Part shown: positions 37,668 to 51,064 of the stretch, one piece after another
Layout: every line of letters begins with the position of its first letter
Numbering within the stretch: position 1 is the first letter of the stretch
Origin: Felis catus
Taxonomy: Eukaryota
NCBI RefSeq assembly: GCF_018350175.1
Contig: NC_058368.1
Location: 6,944,001-7,008,000, forward strand
Length of the DNA: 64,000 nucleotides
Direction: 5' to 3'
Translations under genes and position numbers: made by a program
Notes under the pieces: generated by a model
What the model saw: only the letters and a program-made list of their open reading frames with translations
What the model was told of the DNA's origin: nothing
Database searches by the model: none

Positions 37668-37669
<2 letters not shown>

Positions 37670-38320
37670 TGGACTGAAAGCCCATTCAACAGAACGGTCT
37701 GCCGTTCTCAATACATACCAGGCTCTGTCACGCTTCCTGCCTTAGCACGAACCAGTCCCTGTGCCTTGAATACATTTTCCTCTTCTCCCCCGAAAAGATC
37801 ACAAACTCATTTTTCAAGCCCCAAGTCCTGTGCTGGGCTCAGCTCCCGGGGTGCTGTCTCTCAGTCTCCCTGTAGCATTTGTGTGAAACCCAGCCACACC
37901 ATGGAGCTACTTGTCACCTCCGTTGCAACTGCGTTTTATGACTTCGTATCCCAAGCTTCTGGCCTCCGGCTTGCACAGGGTGGTAAGTTTTCAGTAAATA
38001 CTTGATGAATAATACGAGCTGCATGCGTTGATTTTGATGCCAAGGGACAGTGATGGGAGGTTACGATGAAACAATGTCACTTCCGCAGAATAAGGAAAGG
38101 AGGTGTTCCGAGTAGTTAGAGGTACTTGATTGGCAGTGACAGAGAGGAAGTGACACATATGTAGCTTCTGGTCATTTCAGACCATTACCCTGCCTTCCAG
38201 AGACCCCTGTGTCCACATCTGTGCTGTTACCACCATTCTTCCCTGCACTTGAGGGGTGTCTACCTGGGGTGACTACCTGTGCTAAATGGCATGAAGGATT
38301 ACAAAAATCAGATGGTTCAA

Positions 38321-38545
38321 GGGGCGGCTGGGTGGCTCAGTCAGTTAAGCATCGGACTTCAGCTCAGGTCACGATCTCGCGATCCGTGAATTTGAGCCCC
38401 GCGTCGGGCTCTGCGCTGACAGCTCGGAGCCCGGAGCCTGCTTCGGATTCTGTGTCTCCCTCTCTCTCTGCCCCTCCCCCACTCGCGTTCTGTCTCTCTC
38501 AAGATAATAAACATTAAAAGACACTTTTTTAAAATAAAAAAAATT
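38321..38545 (+). mobile_element. Can-SINE
   Basis: SINEC consensus. Confidence 0.9.
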
Positions 38546-40956
38546 GAAACTCCCCAAATTAGATAGTTCATGCCTAAAGCAGCATCGAAATAATCAAGGG
38601 AAAATAATATAGTTTTGGATTCTATTATGTTTGAAAAAGTGCCTACTCCTCCTTGCTGATTCGCAAGCACAGAACTAAAGCAGTCCTTTCTATCATCGGC
38701 CATTCCTGCTTCTAACCATACATCTTCCCTTCGGAGGTTAGGACATGAAAACCACAGTTGTGCTAGTTACTGCTATGCCCACAGCCTGCCGAGATCTCCA
38801 CTCTGCGCAGGGAGGGGGCTCCTTTGCGCTAAGGAGCTGAGCCCAAATCCCATGGGAATAAGGCATCCCACATCCCAAGGGGAAAGCCCTACTGTAGCAG
38901 CGAAGGAACAACACAAGAGATGTCCCAAGGCTGCCTGTGAAGAAGTTCCAAGCGAGGGAATGTTGAGGACAGGAAGTACCCTTGAGCTCTCCAGGGGAGA
39001 GCACAGTGTGGACCAGAGGGGTCAAAAGTCATGGGGCAGTTCCAAAGGGAGGAGCAGAGCCGCTAGGGACCCCGGGGCCAAGCAGAAAACACCCCGCATG
39101 GTATTTTTCCTGGCCTCGGCATCACAAATAACTAACCTGGGCCTCAAAGCTTCCTCTCTTTCTGGTTGCCAGAACGGACCCAGGGGACGACCCGGGTCCC
39201 TGGTCTCACAGGGACCTCCATGCCTGTTCCCCAGACCTCCTGCTGAGGGGCGAGGTGCAGGGGGCAACATCCAGAAGCCCCCCCCCCCCCCAGCAGCCGT
39301 GCAGATGTGAGAGGGGAGCATGGAGTTCATGGGGGGGGGGCACTTAGGGTGGGACGTTGTTGGATTTGTGTGCAGGAAAGAGGATGTGAGGATCTGGCCT
39401 TGACTGGGTGCCGAGGAGGCCCTTAGAGTGGAAGCTGAGCTCCCAGCTAGCGTCCCTCTGCCTCAGGAGTGGGGGAGGTAGAGCCCTGGGTGTCGCTCCG
39501 CCCCTGGTGGGGACACACCTCCTGGAGCTTTGGGGAGAATATTGGGGAGGTGGGGAGGTGGGGAGGAGACTCTCTACATCTCCATCATAGGTGTGCCGTA
39601 CCTCCGGGGTGTCATCCTCGCTGTCACCTCCGTCCTCACGCCCCGCCCCCGCCCCTCACCCCCAACCCCCCCCCCCACATCTGTTTTTGAGATTCTCCTG
39701 TCTCCACTGACACCACTCATCCCCCTTCCGGTCAAGGCTCCGTGCTAATGCTGCTCTGAAACTGCAGAATGATTTAATTAATGAGCCTATTTAATTAATG
39801 GTCCTGGAGATAATGGAGAAGCTCCAAATGACTACACTGTACATCCGGGAAGCGTTCTGTACGCCATGTGCCACTCGTGGAGAGCAAACTCGAATAATGG
39901 AAAACGAGACCCATTATAGCCTCAGAAGATAAATCTGCTTTGCCTGGGTTGAGGTGAAGGGCACAGCGGAAGTCCCGAAGTTTATTCGTATCTCCTTGGA
40001 GGAACGGATGAAAATAAGTCGCCGTGGAAGGCAATGGAGCAGATGGGAGAGACAAGAGGACTGTTTAGTCATGAACTTGGGGCTCGAATCGCTTTTTTGT
40101 TCCACGTGTGTGTTGTCATTTCGGCTTCTCGCCGTGCACAGTCACCAGTCCGAATTTACGATGCGATGAAATTTGGGATGATTTCATAACTTATTCTTAC
40201 CATTTGACCCCTCTCCAAAGGGTGGAGTCTTTTTCAGGACTTTGTTAAAATTGGTCTTCAGCCACTCCGACAGGCAGTGAGAATGGGGTGATACATAAAA
40301 AAAATCCCAACCACCCTGAAGTTCTCTAGGGGTCTAGGAAAAATGAACCGTCGTAAGCAATGATTAGTTGCTGCAATGATATACCGCGCAGAAATTTGCC
40401 CATCCTGGCTCGGTGGGCCCTCGCCTTCGGATGCCCGCACGCACCTCTGCCCCAGGAGGAATGAGCTCCTCTAGTGCTCGTCTGCTGGCTCATCCCCAGC
40501 CACGGCACCTGCTGTAGTGTCCGGTAGAAGCCAGGATCCTCAACGTTTGCTAAGGTGAGCCATCAGAAAACTTAAGGCGCATTTCCAGTTGCTTGGGTAC
40601 AGCCGGGAGGGCAGTGCTGTGTGTATCTGTATTCTGGGCTCCCGCTGTCAAACGATCCGAATTGGCCCTTTACCCATTCTCCACGGCGTGGCTACGTGAA
40701 CAAAATGAGTATTAATTGCTTTTGGTTTCCCTCCTATCTTTCTAAAGACCACCACGGTAGTGATTTGCACGGTTTCAAATCACATTTATGGAGAACCTGC
40801 TTCCCACAAAGCTCTGTGCCAGATGTCATTGTGATCAAGAGAGCTGTCCCTCTCCGGAAACACAGTCCCAAGGGAGTTCTAGGGAGTCCGCCTTGAGGGT
40901 GGGACTCGGGAGGATGAAAGGCGAAAACAAGATTCGGACCCGAATCTCAGGGTGTT

Positions 40957-41170
40957 GGGGAGCCTGGGTGGCTCAGTCGGGGAAGGGTCCGACTTCAGCT
41001 CAGGTCATGATGTCACGGTTCGTGGGTTCGAGCCCCGCGTCGGGCTCTGTGCTGACAGCTCGGAGCCTGGAGCCTGCCTCCGATTCTGTGTCTCCTTCTC
41101 TCTCTCTGCCCCTCCCCCGCTTTCACTGTCACTCTCTCTCAAAAATAAACGAACATTAAAAAAAAAAAGA
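40957..41170 (+). mobile_element. Can-SINE
   Basis: SINEC consensus, A tail. Confidence 0.9.
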
Positions 41171-42699
41171 AACGTTGTTAACAGCAAAGCTTACTTACAT
41201 AAGCAAATTTTGCCTGGAAATACTACCGTGTATTTATGACTGTGGAAAATCAGGGAAATTTAGGGAGCTCCTGCTGATGAGACAGTTACCAGCTTTATGA
41301 AGGTAGCACAGTGTGGCTCCCAGACTGAGATTGGGTTCAAAGCCCACTTTACCTGGGTCAAGGTGCAGTGTGGGTTTCCTTCTCTTAAAACGGGCATAAC
41401 AGTACCCATCAGGCAGGATTGTTGACAGAACTTGACACATAGAAGGCATTCAGGAAGTTGTAATTTATTATTATTATTATTAATAGTTTCAGTTTTTTAT
41501 TATTTTTAAAGGTACATTTACGAAGCTGCTTTTGGAAAAAGAGTGCTTTTTGAGCTTGCTCGTGTACTCCAAAAACTATAGTAGATGCTCAGCAAGATGT
41601 GACTTTTTCCATTTCACATGTGGGAGAAAGAAAGTTTGCAGGGGAGCCGTTGTTCCCTCAGTGATAATGCCTAACAATTACTGATCCTTGACTCTGCACC
41701 GAGCATTTTTATTTTCTCTTGAATCCTTTGAGGAAGAGCCATGATCACTCCCATCTTTCAGATGAGGAAACGAGGCTCAGAGAGGTCCTGCGATGGCCAC
41801 AAGCCATATAAACCCAGGAAGCAGGAGGTCTGGCCCCGGGGAAGGGGAGAGAGTGCCTTTCAGCTCAGGGCTGTTTCCCTTGGCTAGACGCGTGCAGGCC
41901 CACGTCTTTTGGAGAAGCTGTTCAAAGCAAAGATCCCGGGGCACAGTTCCAGGGATTCTGTGGGTCTGTGGAGGAGGAGTCTGCTTGTTGACGAGCTCCC
42001 TGAGTGGTACGGAGGAGGCCGGATATCTCACATTTGCAGGTTTCAGCAAGATCATCCCGGCTTCCTGTTTCCCCAGGGGAAAGTGGCACCTGGAGGGGAG
42101 GGCAGGAATGCCACAAGGGACCGGCGGGGGACCCCGTGGCTGGCCTGGGGGCCGGGATGGGCTGCTCTGCTGAGTTTCTGTCTTCAGCACCAGCCGGTAG
42201 AGTGCAGTCTTCTCTAGGCTAGGAGGGTCTCTCCCAGAGTCACCGTTTTGGAAGCCATCTGGGGCGGGGGGGCAGGGGGCACTAAGTCAGAGGCCCCGGG
42301 GCACCCCACCCCCCCCCCGGCCATGCTGTCTCTTGAGGCTCTTCTCTGACCGGGGCCCTGAGAAGCAGCCTGCACAGCGGCCCCCAGAGATTCAGGCATT
42401 TTCTTTTCTCCTGGAGCACCTGGCGGCTGATGTCAGCGTCCCAGGGGGCTGTGGGAGCCAACGGTGTAGGGAAGGTGCCAGAAGCAGAAATTGCCAGTGC
42501 ACATCCGGGAGCTGAAGACGCCTCCCCACCCCAACTCAGTGTGGCGCAGGGCAAAGTCTGAGGCTGCTATGGCGATATTCGAGGGGGCTTTGCTGGGGCT
42601 GTGTGTTGGCTCCATCATTTATTTGTAGCAGAATACTAGAACTCACGCAACAAACAGCTACTGTAATCGCTGAATGGGCACTATTGTTCCATGTATTCC

Positions 42700-43654
42700 A
42701 GTGTATTGGGATTCCCCAGCGAAATAGAATCAACAGAAAAAAAAAATATATATATAGTATAGTGTATGTATACTATAGCATTATTTTATTATATAGTATA
42801 TATAGTATAGTATTATATACATAGCATTACATATACATAGTCTAGTGTATATATAGTATAGCATATATATAGCATTATATATACGTAGTATAGTATTATA
42901 TAGTGTATATATATACTATATATTATATAGTACATATTATATAGTATGTATAGTATAGCATTATATACATAGCATTATATATACATAGTATAGTATTACA
43001 AAGTGTATATATACTATATATTATATAGTACATACTATATAGTATATATAGTATAGCATTGTATACATAGCATTACATATACATAGTATAGTGTATATAT
43101 AGTATAATAGTATAGCATATATAGCATTATATATACGTAGTATAGTATTATATAGTGTATATATATACATATACTATATGTTATATAGTATATATTATAT
43201 AGTACATATAGTATAGCATTATATACATAGCATTACATATACATAGTATAGTGTATATATAGTATATATAGTATAGTATTATAGTATTATATAGTATAGC
43301 ATATATATAGCATTATATATATGTAGTATAGTATTATAGTGTGTATATATATAGTATATATTATATAGTATATATTATATAGTATATATAGTATAGCATT
43401 ATATACATACCATTACATACATAGTATAGTATATATGTAGTATATATAGTATAGTATTATAGTGTTATATAGTATATATAGTATAGCATATATAGCATTA
43501 TATATATGTAGTATAGTATTATATAGTGTATATATGTATTATATAGTATATATTATATAATATATATAGTATAGCATTATATATAGCATTATATATACAT
43601 ATAGTATTATATATAGTATATATATATATAGTATATATATATAGTATATATATA

Positions 43655-43686
<32 letters not shown>

Positions 43687-43918
43687 GAGGAGCTCCACTT
43701 ACAGGAGGGAAGTCAGCCTTTCTAGTCTACGCAGGGCCCCCCAGGGACTGGAGGGGGCTCATCTACATTCAGGAGGGCAGTCTACTTTTCCCAGTTCACT
43801 CATTCAGGTGCTAACCTCGTGTGGAAACACCCTCACAGACCTGCCCAGAATAACATTTGACCAAGTATCTGAATATCCCATGACCCCGTCAAGTTGACAG
43901 GTCAAAGTAACCATCACG
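42700..43918 (-). mobile_element. MLT2 (ERVL) LTR containing an expanded AT-rich repeat
   Basis: gtgtattggggattccccagcgaaatagaatcaacag at one end; gaaacaccctcacagac...gtcaagttgacaggtcaaagtaaccatcac at the other. Confidence 0.75.
42746..43687. repeat. ~940 bp (TATAG/TATA)-derived complex repeat
   Basis: Almost pure tatag/tatatag/gcatta/tacatag units. Confidence 0.97.
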
Positions 43919-44092
43919 GCGCAGTAAGAGTCTCAGGCGTATTATCTCATTTAATCCTCCCAAGCAATTCTGAGCAGCTGAGTATTACCATCGCCATTTG
44001 ACAGACCAGGAAAACGCGGCTCAGAGAGGTCCATCAACTTCCTCATGGTCTCTCAGCCAGTAAGGGGCACAGTTGAGATTTCAATCCACAGC

Positions 44093-44320
44093 TTTCTTTT
44101 TTTTAAAAAAACTTTTTTAATGTTTATTCATTATTGAGACAGAGACAGAGCATGAGAATGAGCAGGGGAGGAGCAGAGAGAGAGGGAGACAGAATCCGAA
44201 GCAGGCTCCGGGCTCCGAGCTGTCAGCACAGAGCCCGACGCGGGGCTCGAACCCTGGAACCGTGAGATCATGACCTGAGCCGAAGTCAGACTCTCAACCA
44301 ACTGAGCCACCCAGGCGCCC
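44093..44320 (-). mobile_element. Can-SINE inserted in a MIR
   Basis: TSD tcaatccacagctttct on both sides; MIR core 43935-44090. Confidence 0.9.
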
Positions 44321-44902
44321 CATCAATCCACAGCTTTCTGATTTGGAAGCCACCAGACTGTGTTGCCTCCCATGCCAACGGTCCTACTCTCTGCACCCCG
44401 AGGTCACCTGGAAGCTGCTACATTCTCCTAATCAACCATCTTGGCCTTGAAAATGCCACGGGGTATCACTAGGGAAGACTCTGCCTCATCAGTAAAAAAG
44501 GGCGAGTGAGTTGTTACTGCATCACCGGGTGAGCTGGAGAACCACAGCTGGGGCTGTGCAGCTACGAGAGAGGCCGAGAAGGTGGCATTTTCAGCATCTG
44601 TTGTGGCAGATGGTCCCTGTCCCCGACGCGTAAGGTACAGGCTCACCCCAGACCCTGGAAAGGGGTTTGGGGGACGAGCAGGCAGAAAAGTTGGCAAAGG
44701 CCACTACATACGTCTGATGATTAGATGATGCGAAGGGGCACCTGTCCTCAAGTGTAGACGTGACACTGACACAGGCCAGACCCAAGGCACGGCCCGGGGA
44801 CTTCCTAAATACTAGGCCTTGAGAATGAATATATAAACCTAACATTGGGGAAACAGGTAATAAGGCATTAAGTAAACACCCAAATTTTATGAGCAAAGTG
44901 AG

Positions 44903-45480
44903 TGTTGTGGGCTGAATTGTGTTCCTCAAGAAAACCCATACGTTGGACTCCTAGGACCTCAGAACGTGACCTTATTTGGAAATAGGGTCTTAAGGGAGCT
45001 AATCAAGTTCAAACGAGGTCATTAGGATGAGCCCTAAATCAAAATGGCTGGTGTCCTTATAACAAGAGGAAATCTGGGGCCTGGCTGGCTCCGCCGGTAC
45101 AGCATGGGACCCATGATCTCGGGGTCGTGAGTTCAAGCCCCACGCTGGGCATCGAGTTTACTAAACAGATGAATACATACATAGTTTTAAAAAGACACAG
45201 AGACAGACGTGAACAGAGGGAAGGTGATGAGAAGAGACGCCGGGCGAAGGCCCTGTGAGGGTGGAGGCGGAGATTGGGGTGAACGCCCACAAGCCGAGGG
45301 ACCGCCAGAAGCTGGAGAGAGGCCTGGAACGGATCCTTCCTTAGAATCAGAATTAGGCGTGGCCCTGCTACCAACCTGACCTCGGCCGTCCAGCCTCCAG
45401 AAGCAGGAGACAATATATTTCTGTGGCTTAAGCCACCTGGCTGGGGTGCTTAGTTACGGCAGCCCGAGCTGACTGGTACA
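44903..45480 (+). mobile_element. MaLR LTR (MLT1A-D-like) with nested short SINE (~45075-45190)
   Basis: tgttgtgggctgaattgtgttcc...gtgaccttatttggaaatagggtc...ttaagccacc...ttacggcagcccgagctgactggtaca. Confidence 0.8.
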
Positions 45481-45990
45481 GTTAATAGACGGCTGGGCCC
45501 ATATTTGAGTCTGAACGTAAAGCCGGGGCTCTGCCCACCGCACCCTTGCGGCCAGGCACGGCAGCCCAGAGCAGGGGGAACCATGGCTCTGTCCTCCAAG
45601 TACAGTTCTCCGCGTCTGTGTCAGGATTGGGGTTAGCTGCCCTGACATCTGCACGGCCTGACAAGAGACAGTTTGCGTCTCCCACACGGGCAGTTCGCGC
45701 TGGGTGGGTGGCTCTGTTCCAACACTCCAGGGGCCCAGGAGGCCCGGGAGGGGCCCAGGCTCCACCTCTCTGTCACTCTGCCTTTCCTGGTGTCACCCTC
45801 ATTCCGGGGTCTACGATGCCTCTCAGCCAGTCTGCAGCCAGAGAGCAGGAAGGGGCCAAGACAGGAGGCTCTGTCTCTTTAAGGTGAGACCCAAAAGTCG
45901 AGGCCGTCCCCTCTGCTGTCCTTCCCTCGTGTGACTGAGGGATGCAGACTTCAGCTGGGCTGTTGGCTCCCTGCCAGAAATTCCACTGCC

Positions 45991-46113
45991 GGGGGCACCT
46001 GGGTGGCTCAGTCGGTTGAGCGTCCGACCCTGATTTCTGCTCAGGTCATGATCCCAGGGTTATGGGATCCAGACCTGCATTAGGCTCCACACTGGGTGTG
46101 GAGCTTGTTTACG

Positions 46114-46155
<42 letters not shown>

Positions 46156-46208
46156 CCCTGCCCCTCTCGCCCATTCATTCTCTCTCTCTCTCTAATAAAA
46201 TTTAAAAA
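45991..46208 (+). mobile_element. Can-SINE
   Basis: SINEC head, long (CT)n. Confidence 0.9.
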
Positions 46209-46561
46209 TTCGACTTCCATTTTTTAAGGGACCAGAGAATGGATATTGGAGACAGCTAATGGTCACTGCTACAAAATCCACCTCAGGACAGATTCATTCT
46301 CTGGGTTTTCACGATTTGGTAAAGGACAAGGAAGAGAAGGGAAGAACTTCCTTCATGTCTGGCTGGAGAAGGAAGGGGAATTTTGCCCCCAAATGGCTCT
46401 GCCCAGTGTCCTCTCAATGGCTTGTCTGCTCCTGGTACCTGAGAAGCCTGGGGACTCTGGGAAGCCACTTCAGCTTCTCCCAGGCCACGCACACAAATCA
46501 TAGCAAGGTCCTCTGCCTTGGAGGGACGGGGTCAGACGGACGAACAGTCTGATAGACATTC

Positions 46562-46778
46562 TTTTTTTTTTTTAATGTTTGTTTATTTTTGAGAGAGAGA
46601 GAGACAGAGCACGAGTGGGGGAAGGGCAGAGAGAGAGAGGGAGACCCAGAATCCGAAGCAGGCTCCAGGCTCCGAGCTGTCAGCGCAGAGCCCGACGCGG
46701 GGCTCGAACTCACAAACCGTGAGATCATGACCTGAGCCGAAGTCGGACGCTTAACCGACTGAGCCACCCAGGCGCCCC
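46562..46778 (-). mobile_element. Can-SINE (SINEC_Fc-like)
   Basis: Near-consensus reverse copy; TSD cattctt. Confidence 0.92.
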
Positions 46779-47911
46779 AAGGGCATTCTTATTTATGAAC
46801 TTGAGGAACTTAGGACGGAGGAAATGGAGTAAGTGGTAATTCGTGGGCTTTGCTTCTCTGGCTGCAGATAGGAAAGGAGTTGGGTGTATCGGCCAAAGCT
46901 GGACTTCCTGCCCAGGCCAGTTCTGTGGCCCTGGTCCCCTCTGGGCTGCCCTGGGTGGGGAAAGCATCTGAAAACCAAAAAAAGTTGGTCTTCTTGAGCG
47001 TTCAAGCTCCTGAATGATGAAAGAGACACTAAACAGTGGCTTATGCAAGTCCTTGTGGGGCCTGGGTGAGTCACTTCCCCTCGCTGGTCTCCAAGCTCCT
47101 CTTTTATGAAACAAGAGGTTTGGGTTTCGTTAGCGGTCCACACATGCCGGGATGCAGTGGACTCGCCTGGGGGTGCTTGCTTAAAATGCAGTCTCCCGGG
47201 CCTACTCCCAGAGACTCTGATACAGAAATTCCACGTGGAAATTGCCCAACAAAAATACCTAAAACCTACTGAGTCCTTGCCGTGTGCCAAACACTACTTA
47301 AAAGAGTTTTTCGTGGATTAACTAATTTTATCCTGCAACGATCCCGTGACATATACTATTGTTAGTACATTAGGGCTAATTAGTATTATCAGTACATTAT
47401 TAATAGTATGAGCGATGATTATCCCCTGTTACAGATGTGCAAATGGAGGCACACGGCTGCGGAGAGGCTGTCCCAAGTCACGCCCCCGTTGGGAGAGGCA
47501 GAGCTGTGACGCAGGCCTAGTCGACCTTGGCTGTGGGTCTCAGCTAGTGCTTTCCCAAGAGGCTGTCCTCAGCCACGCCCCACCCATTCTGCTGGCTGCT
47601 TGAATACACAGTCACCCTGAATGGATGACTTTGGTAAAAAAAAGATAAGATAGACAGACACCTCACAGAGTACTGGGCAAACTCGACAGAAGCAACCAGA
47701 AAGGGACAAGCAATGTGCTCTGGGAACAGAGGGGGTGGTCAGTGAGGGGGTTCCAGTCTTTCTGACAGGAGGGGTGCAAGTAGGGATCAGAGAGAAGGAG
47801 GCATTTAGAAGGAGTTGGGTGTATGGGCCCAAATCAGTTGTTTGGACTCCCTCTGAGTAGAACCTTCAAGAAATGGTTGGTCTTCTTCCTCTATCTTGTC
47901 TATATCTAGAT

Positions 47912-47915
47912 AGGA

Positions 47916-47999
<84 letters not shown>

Positions 48000-48049
48000 G
48001 AAAGAAAAAGGGAGGGAGGGAGAGAAGAAACAAAGAAAGGGGGAGGGAA

Positions 48050-48086
<37 letters not shown>

Positions 48087-48289
48087 AAAAGAAAGAAAAA
48101 GGGAGGGATGGAGGGAAGGAAGGAAGAAAGAAAGAAAGAGAAAGAAAAGGGGAAGGATGGAGGGAAGGAAGGAAGAAAGAAAGAGAAAGAAAGAGAGAAA
48201 GAAAGAAAGAAAGAAAGAGAAAGAAAAAGGGAAGGAAGAGGGAGGGAAGAAGAAAAAAAGAAAGAGAAAGAAAAAGGGAGGGAGGGAGA

Positions 48290-48338
<49 letters not shown>

Positions 48339-48437
48339 AAAAGAAAGAGAAAGAAAGAAAAAGGGAAGGATGGAGGGAGGGAAGGAAGAAAGAAAGAAAA
48401 AGAAAGGGAGGGAGGGAGGAAAGAAGGCAAGAAAGAA
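47912..48437. repeat. Compound (GAAA)n/(GGAG)n polypurine tract
   Basis: About 525 bp with almost no pyrimidines on the + strand. Confidence 0.98.
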
Positions 48438-48439
48438 AC

Positions 48440-49170
48440 CCAAATGAACAAACAAAAAGCAGAATTGGACCCATAAATACAGAGAACGGACTGACGGCTG
48501 CCAGCGAGGAGGAGGGGCGGGCAAAACGGGTGAGGGGGAGTGGGAGATACAGTCATGGACTGAACAAGTCACAGGGAATACAGTCAGTGGCCCTGGAATA
48601 GAGCTGTCTGGTGACAGGTGGCGGCTGCACTGTGGCGAGCACAGCAGGACATACAGGGTTGTGGAATCACTATGTTGTACACCTGAAACTGTCACGCTGT
48701 GCGTCAACTGAGGAGGTTTGGGGGTGATGGGTTTTCGCGGGGTCCGGAGCCAACGGCCAAGAACGAATCCTTGAAGACGTCTTTGGTGCATAAAGGTGAT
48801 TTGATTAAAGCGCGGGGACAGGACCCGTGGGCAGGAAGAGCTGCCCGGGACCAAGAGCAGAGACTGGTTATATACTATGGAGCTGGGGTAGGTCAAGTCC
48901 AGGGGAAGTTTCCGGTGAGATTTTCATATGCTAAAGAAGACTCACTCGGGGTACTGGAGGCCTAGCTATTGCCCAGCGAAGGTGGTTTTTCCCTCCAGCA
49001 AAGCATTAACATTAAGGCAGTAGGAAGTTTCTGGAGGAATATTTTACTCTGCCAGCCCAAGTTATTTGTCAACGGGCAGCAGGTTATAAGGAAATTTAAT
49101 TTTATCTGCCATTTCCTTCTGCCTTTGTTTCCCATGTCATCAACTATACTTAAATAAAAAATAAATAGAT
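48440..49170 (+). mobile_element. Carnivore L1 3' end interrupted by a solo LTR
   Basis: caaatgaacaaacaaaaagcagaa...gaatcactatgttgtacacctgaaact...gtcaac | tatacttaaataaaaa. Confidence 0.8.
48709..49139 (-). mobile_element. Solo ERV LTR (~431 bp)
   Basis: TG...CA termini with 5-bp TSD TCAAC (48704-48708 and 49140-49144); TATA-like TATATAA on the minus strand near 48870. Confidence 0.8.
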
Positions 49171-50059
49171 AAAAAAGAAAGTTTGAGCTTGTCAAGCGTG
49201 GAGGGAGGTGAGCACCCTCAGGCTGAGGGAGGGGCCTGAGCCCAGAGTCCCAGGTGCTCATGGGACCTGCCTACTCTAAGGAACAGGCCCTATGGTTTGG
49301 CGGGTGTGTGGGGGCCAAGCAAGAGGGGAAGGGGTAGGGGTGGGGAAGGGGGGGAAAGGCTGGGGTGGGGGGGTGGAGGTGAAGTGAGCCTGTGAGCAGG
49401 ACTGTGAGGAACTTGATGATCTCCTAGGTCGGGAAGGTGGAGACTTCATCCTGCAGGCGGGAGGGAGCTGGTCACAGGAAGCTGTGCCGTCTCGACTGTC
49501 TCTAATCTCTGGGCCGAGGCAGGGGTGTGGGCAGGAGGCAGCAGGTGCAGTGGGACGGGGGTGGCTCAAAAGTGGAGTCCACAGGAAAGAGGTGGCCTGG
49601 AGGTTTGGAGTGAAGGAGACAGGGGTGTCACGGGTGACCCAGCCTATTTAGTACGGGACAACTGGAGGAAAAGAAACACTCTTTACCAACGAGGGCAGCC
49701 CCAGAGAGCTGGGTGGAGCAGAGAGTTCAGTCGAGGAGATATGAAGATGCCCTCACCTTGGAAGATGACTCGGGGACAAGCAGGAGGAGTCGCCTGGGGA
49801 GGCGCTCGTCCATGTGAAGTGGGCACTTGTGTAGCCCCGGAGCAGAAGTTACTGCCCACGAAGAGTGTCATGTTCCCTGGCTTAGAATTTAATGTCGATC
49901 TTTTTCTGTAAAGTCACTTAATTTTATAGTAATTATAATAAAACTTTCAAGAAGGAGAAACTAGGTTGTTGTTAAGACTCTACTTTTCTCAGCATAAGGA
50001 ATAGGTACACAGAAAGCAGCGTTTGTTTGTTTTTTTTTAAGAAATCTCTAAAAACAATG

Positions 50060-50105
50060 TTTTCTTTTTTAAAAAAAATTTTAAACCTGTATTTATGGTT
50101 GGGAA

Positions 50106-50159
<54 letters not shown>

Positions 50160-50329
50160 ATGAGCAGGGGAGGGGCAGAAAGAGAGAGAGGGAGACCCAG
50201 AATTGGAAGCAGGCTCCAGGCTCTGAGCCATCAGCACAGAGCCCGACGTGGGGCTCGAACTCACGGACCGTGAGATCGTGACCTGAGCTGAAGTCGGACG
50301 CTCAACCGACTGAGCCACCCAGGCGCCCC
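50060..50329 (-). mobile_element. Can-SINE
   Basis: Reverse consensus, long (GA)n. Confidence 0.9.
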
Positions 50330-50837
50330 AGCTTATTTCTTTTTATTGCTGCCTGGGCGTACCACCTTTCATGGGTGTGTTTGTCAGTTAATGGACATTT
50401 GGGCTGTTTCCGTTTTTGGGCTGTTATGAATATGCCGCCATGAATGTACGCGCACATGTTTTTGTCTGGACATATGTCTTCATTCCTCTTGGGTACACAC
50501 CTAGGTACGCCATGTTACGTTCCCACTAGCAATGTGTGAGGGTTCCATTTTCTCCACCCCCTTGCCAACACACGTGCTTATCTTTGGTTATAGCCATCCT
50601 ACTGCGTGTGCAGCAGTTTCCTACTGTGATTTTGGTAAGGGTCTAGTATCCAGTAATATTTTTAAGGCATTTTTTTCCATCTCTAGCAGAAGATCCAGAC
50701 ACACGATGTATTCAATTATCAGGTCTTAGCCTCCCTTAATCTAGCTCTAATGTTCTGAGATTCCTTTCTTCCCCAGCCCAACATTTCCTGACGGAGGCAT
50801 TTTTAGAAAACAACGTACTTCAAGTAGCGTTTTGCAT

Positions 50838-51064
50838 TCTTTTATTTTTTTTATTTTTTTTTTCAACGTTTATTTATTTTTGGGACAGAGAGAGACAGAG
50901 CATGAATGGGGGAGGGGCAGAGAGAGAGGGAGACACAATCGGAAACAGGCTCCAGGCTCTGAGCCATCAGCCCAGAGCCTGACACGGGGCTCGAACTCAC
51001 GGACCGCGAGACCGTGACCTGGCTGAAGTTGGACGCTTAACCGACTGCGCCACCCAGGCGCCCC
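50838..51064 (-). mobile_element. Young felid SINEC_Fc
   Basis: TSD gttttgcattcttt. Confidence 0.93.

Noticed and set aside
42746..43687. CRISPR-like or other prokaryotic array
   Set aside because: No constant repeat with unique spacers; mammalian low-complexity DNA
47805..48896. Long ORFs of 202-363 aa on both strands (poly-FLS or poly-KER)
   Set aside because: Translations of the (GAAA)n tract, which lacks stop codons
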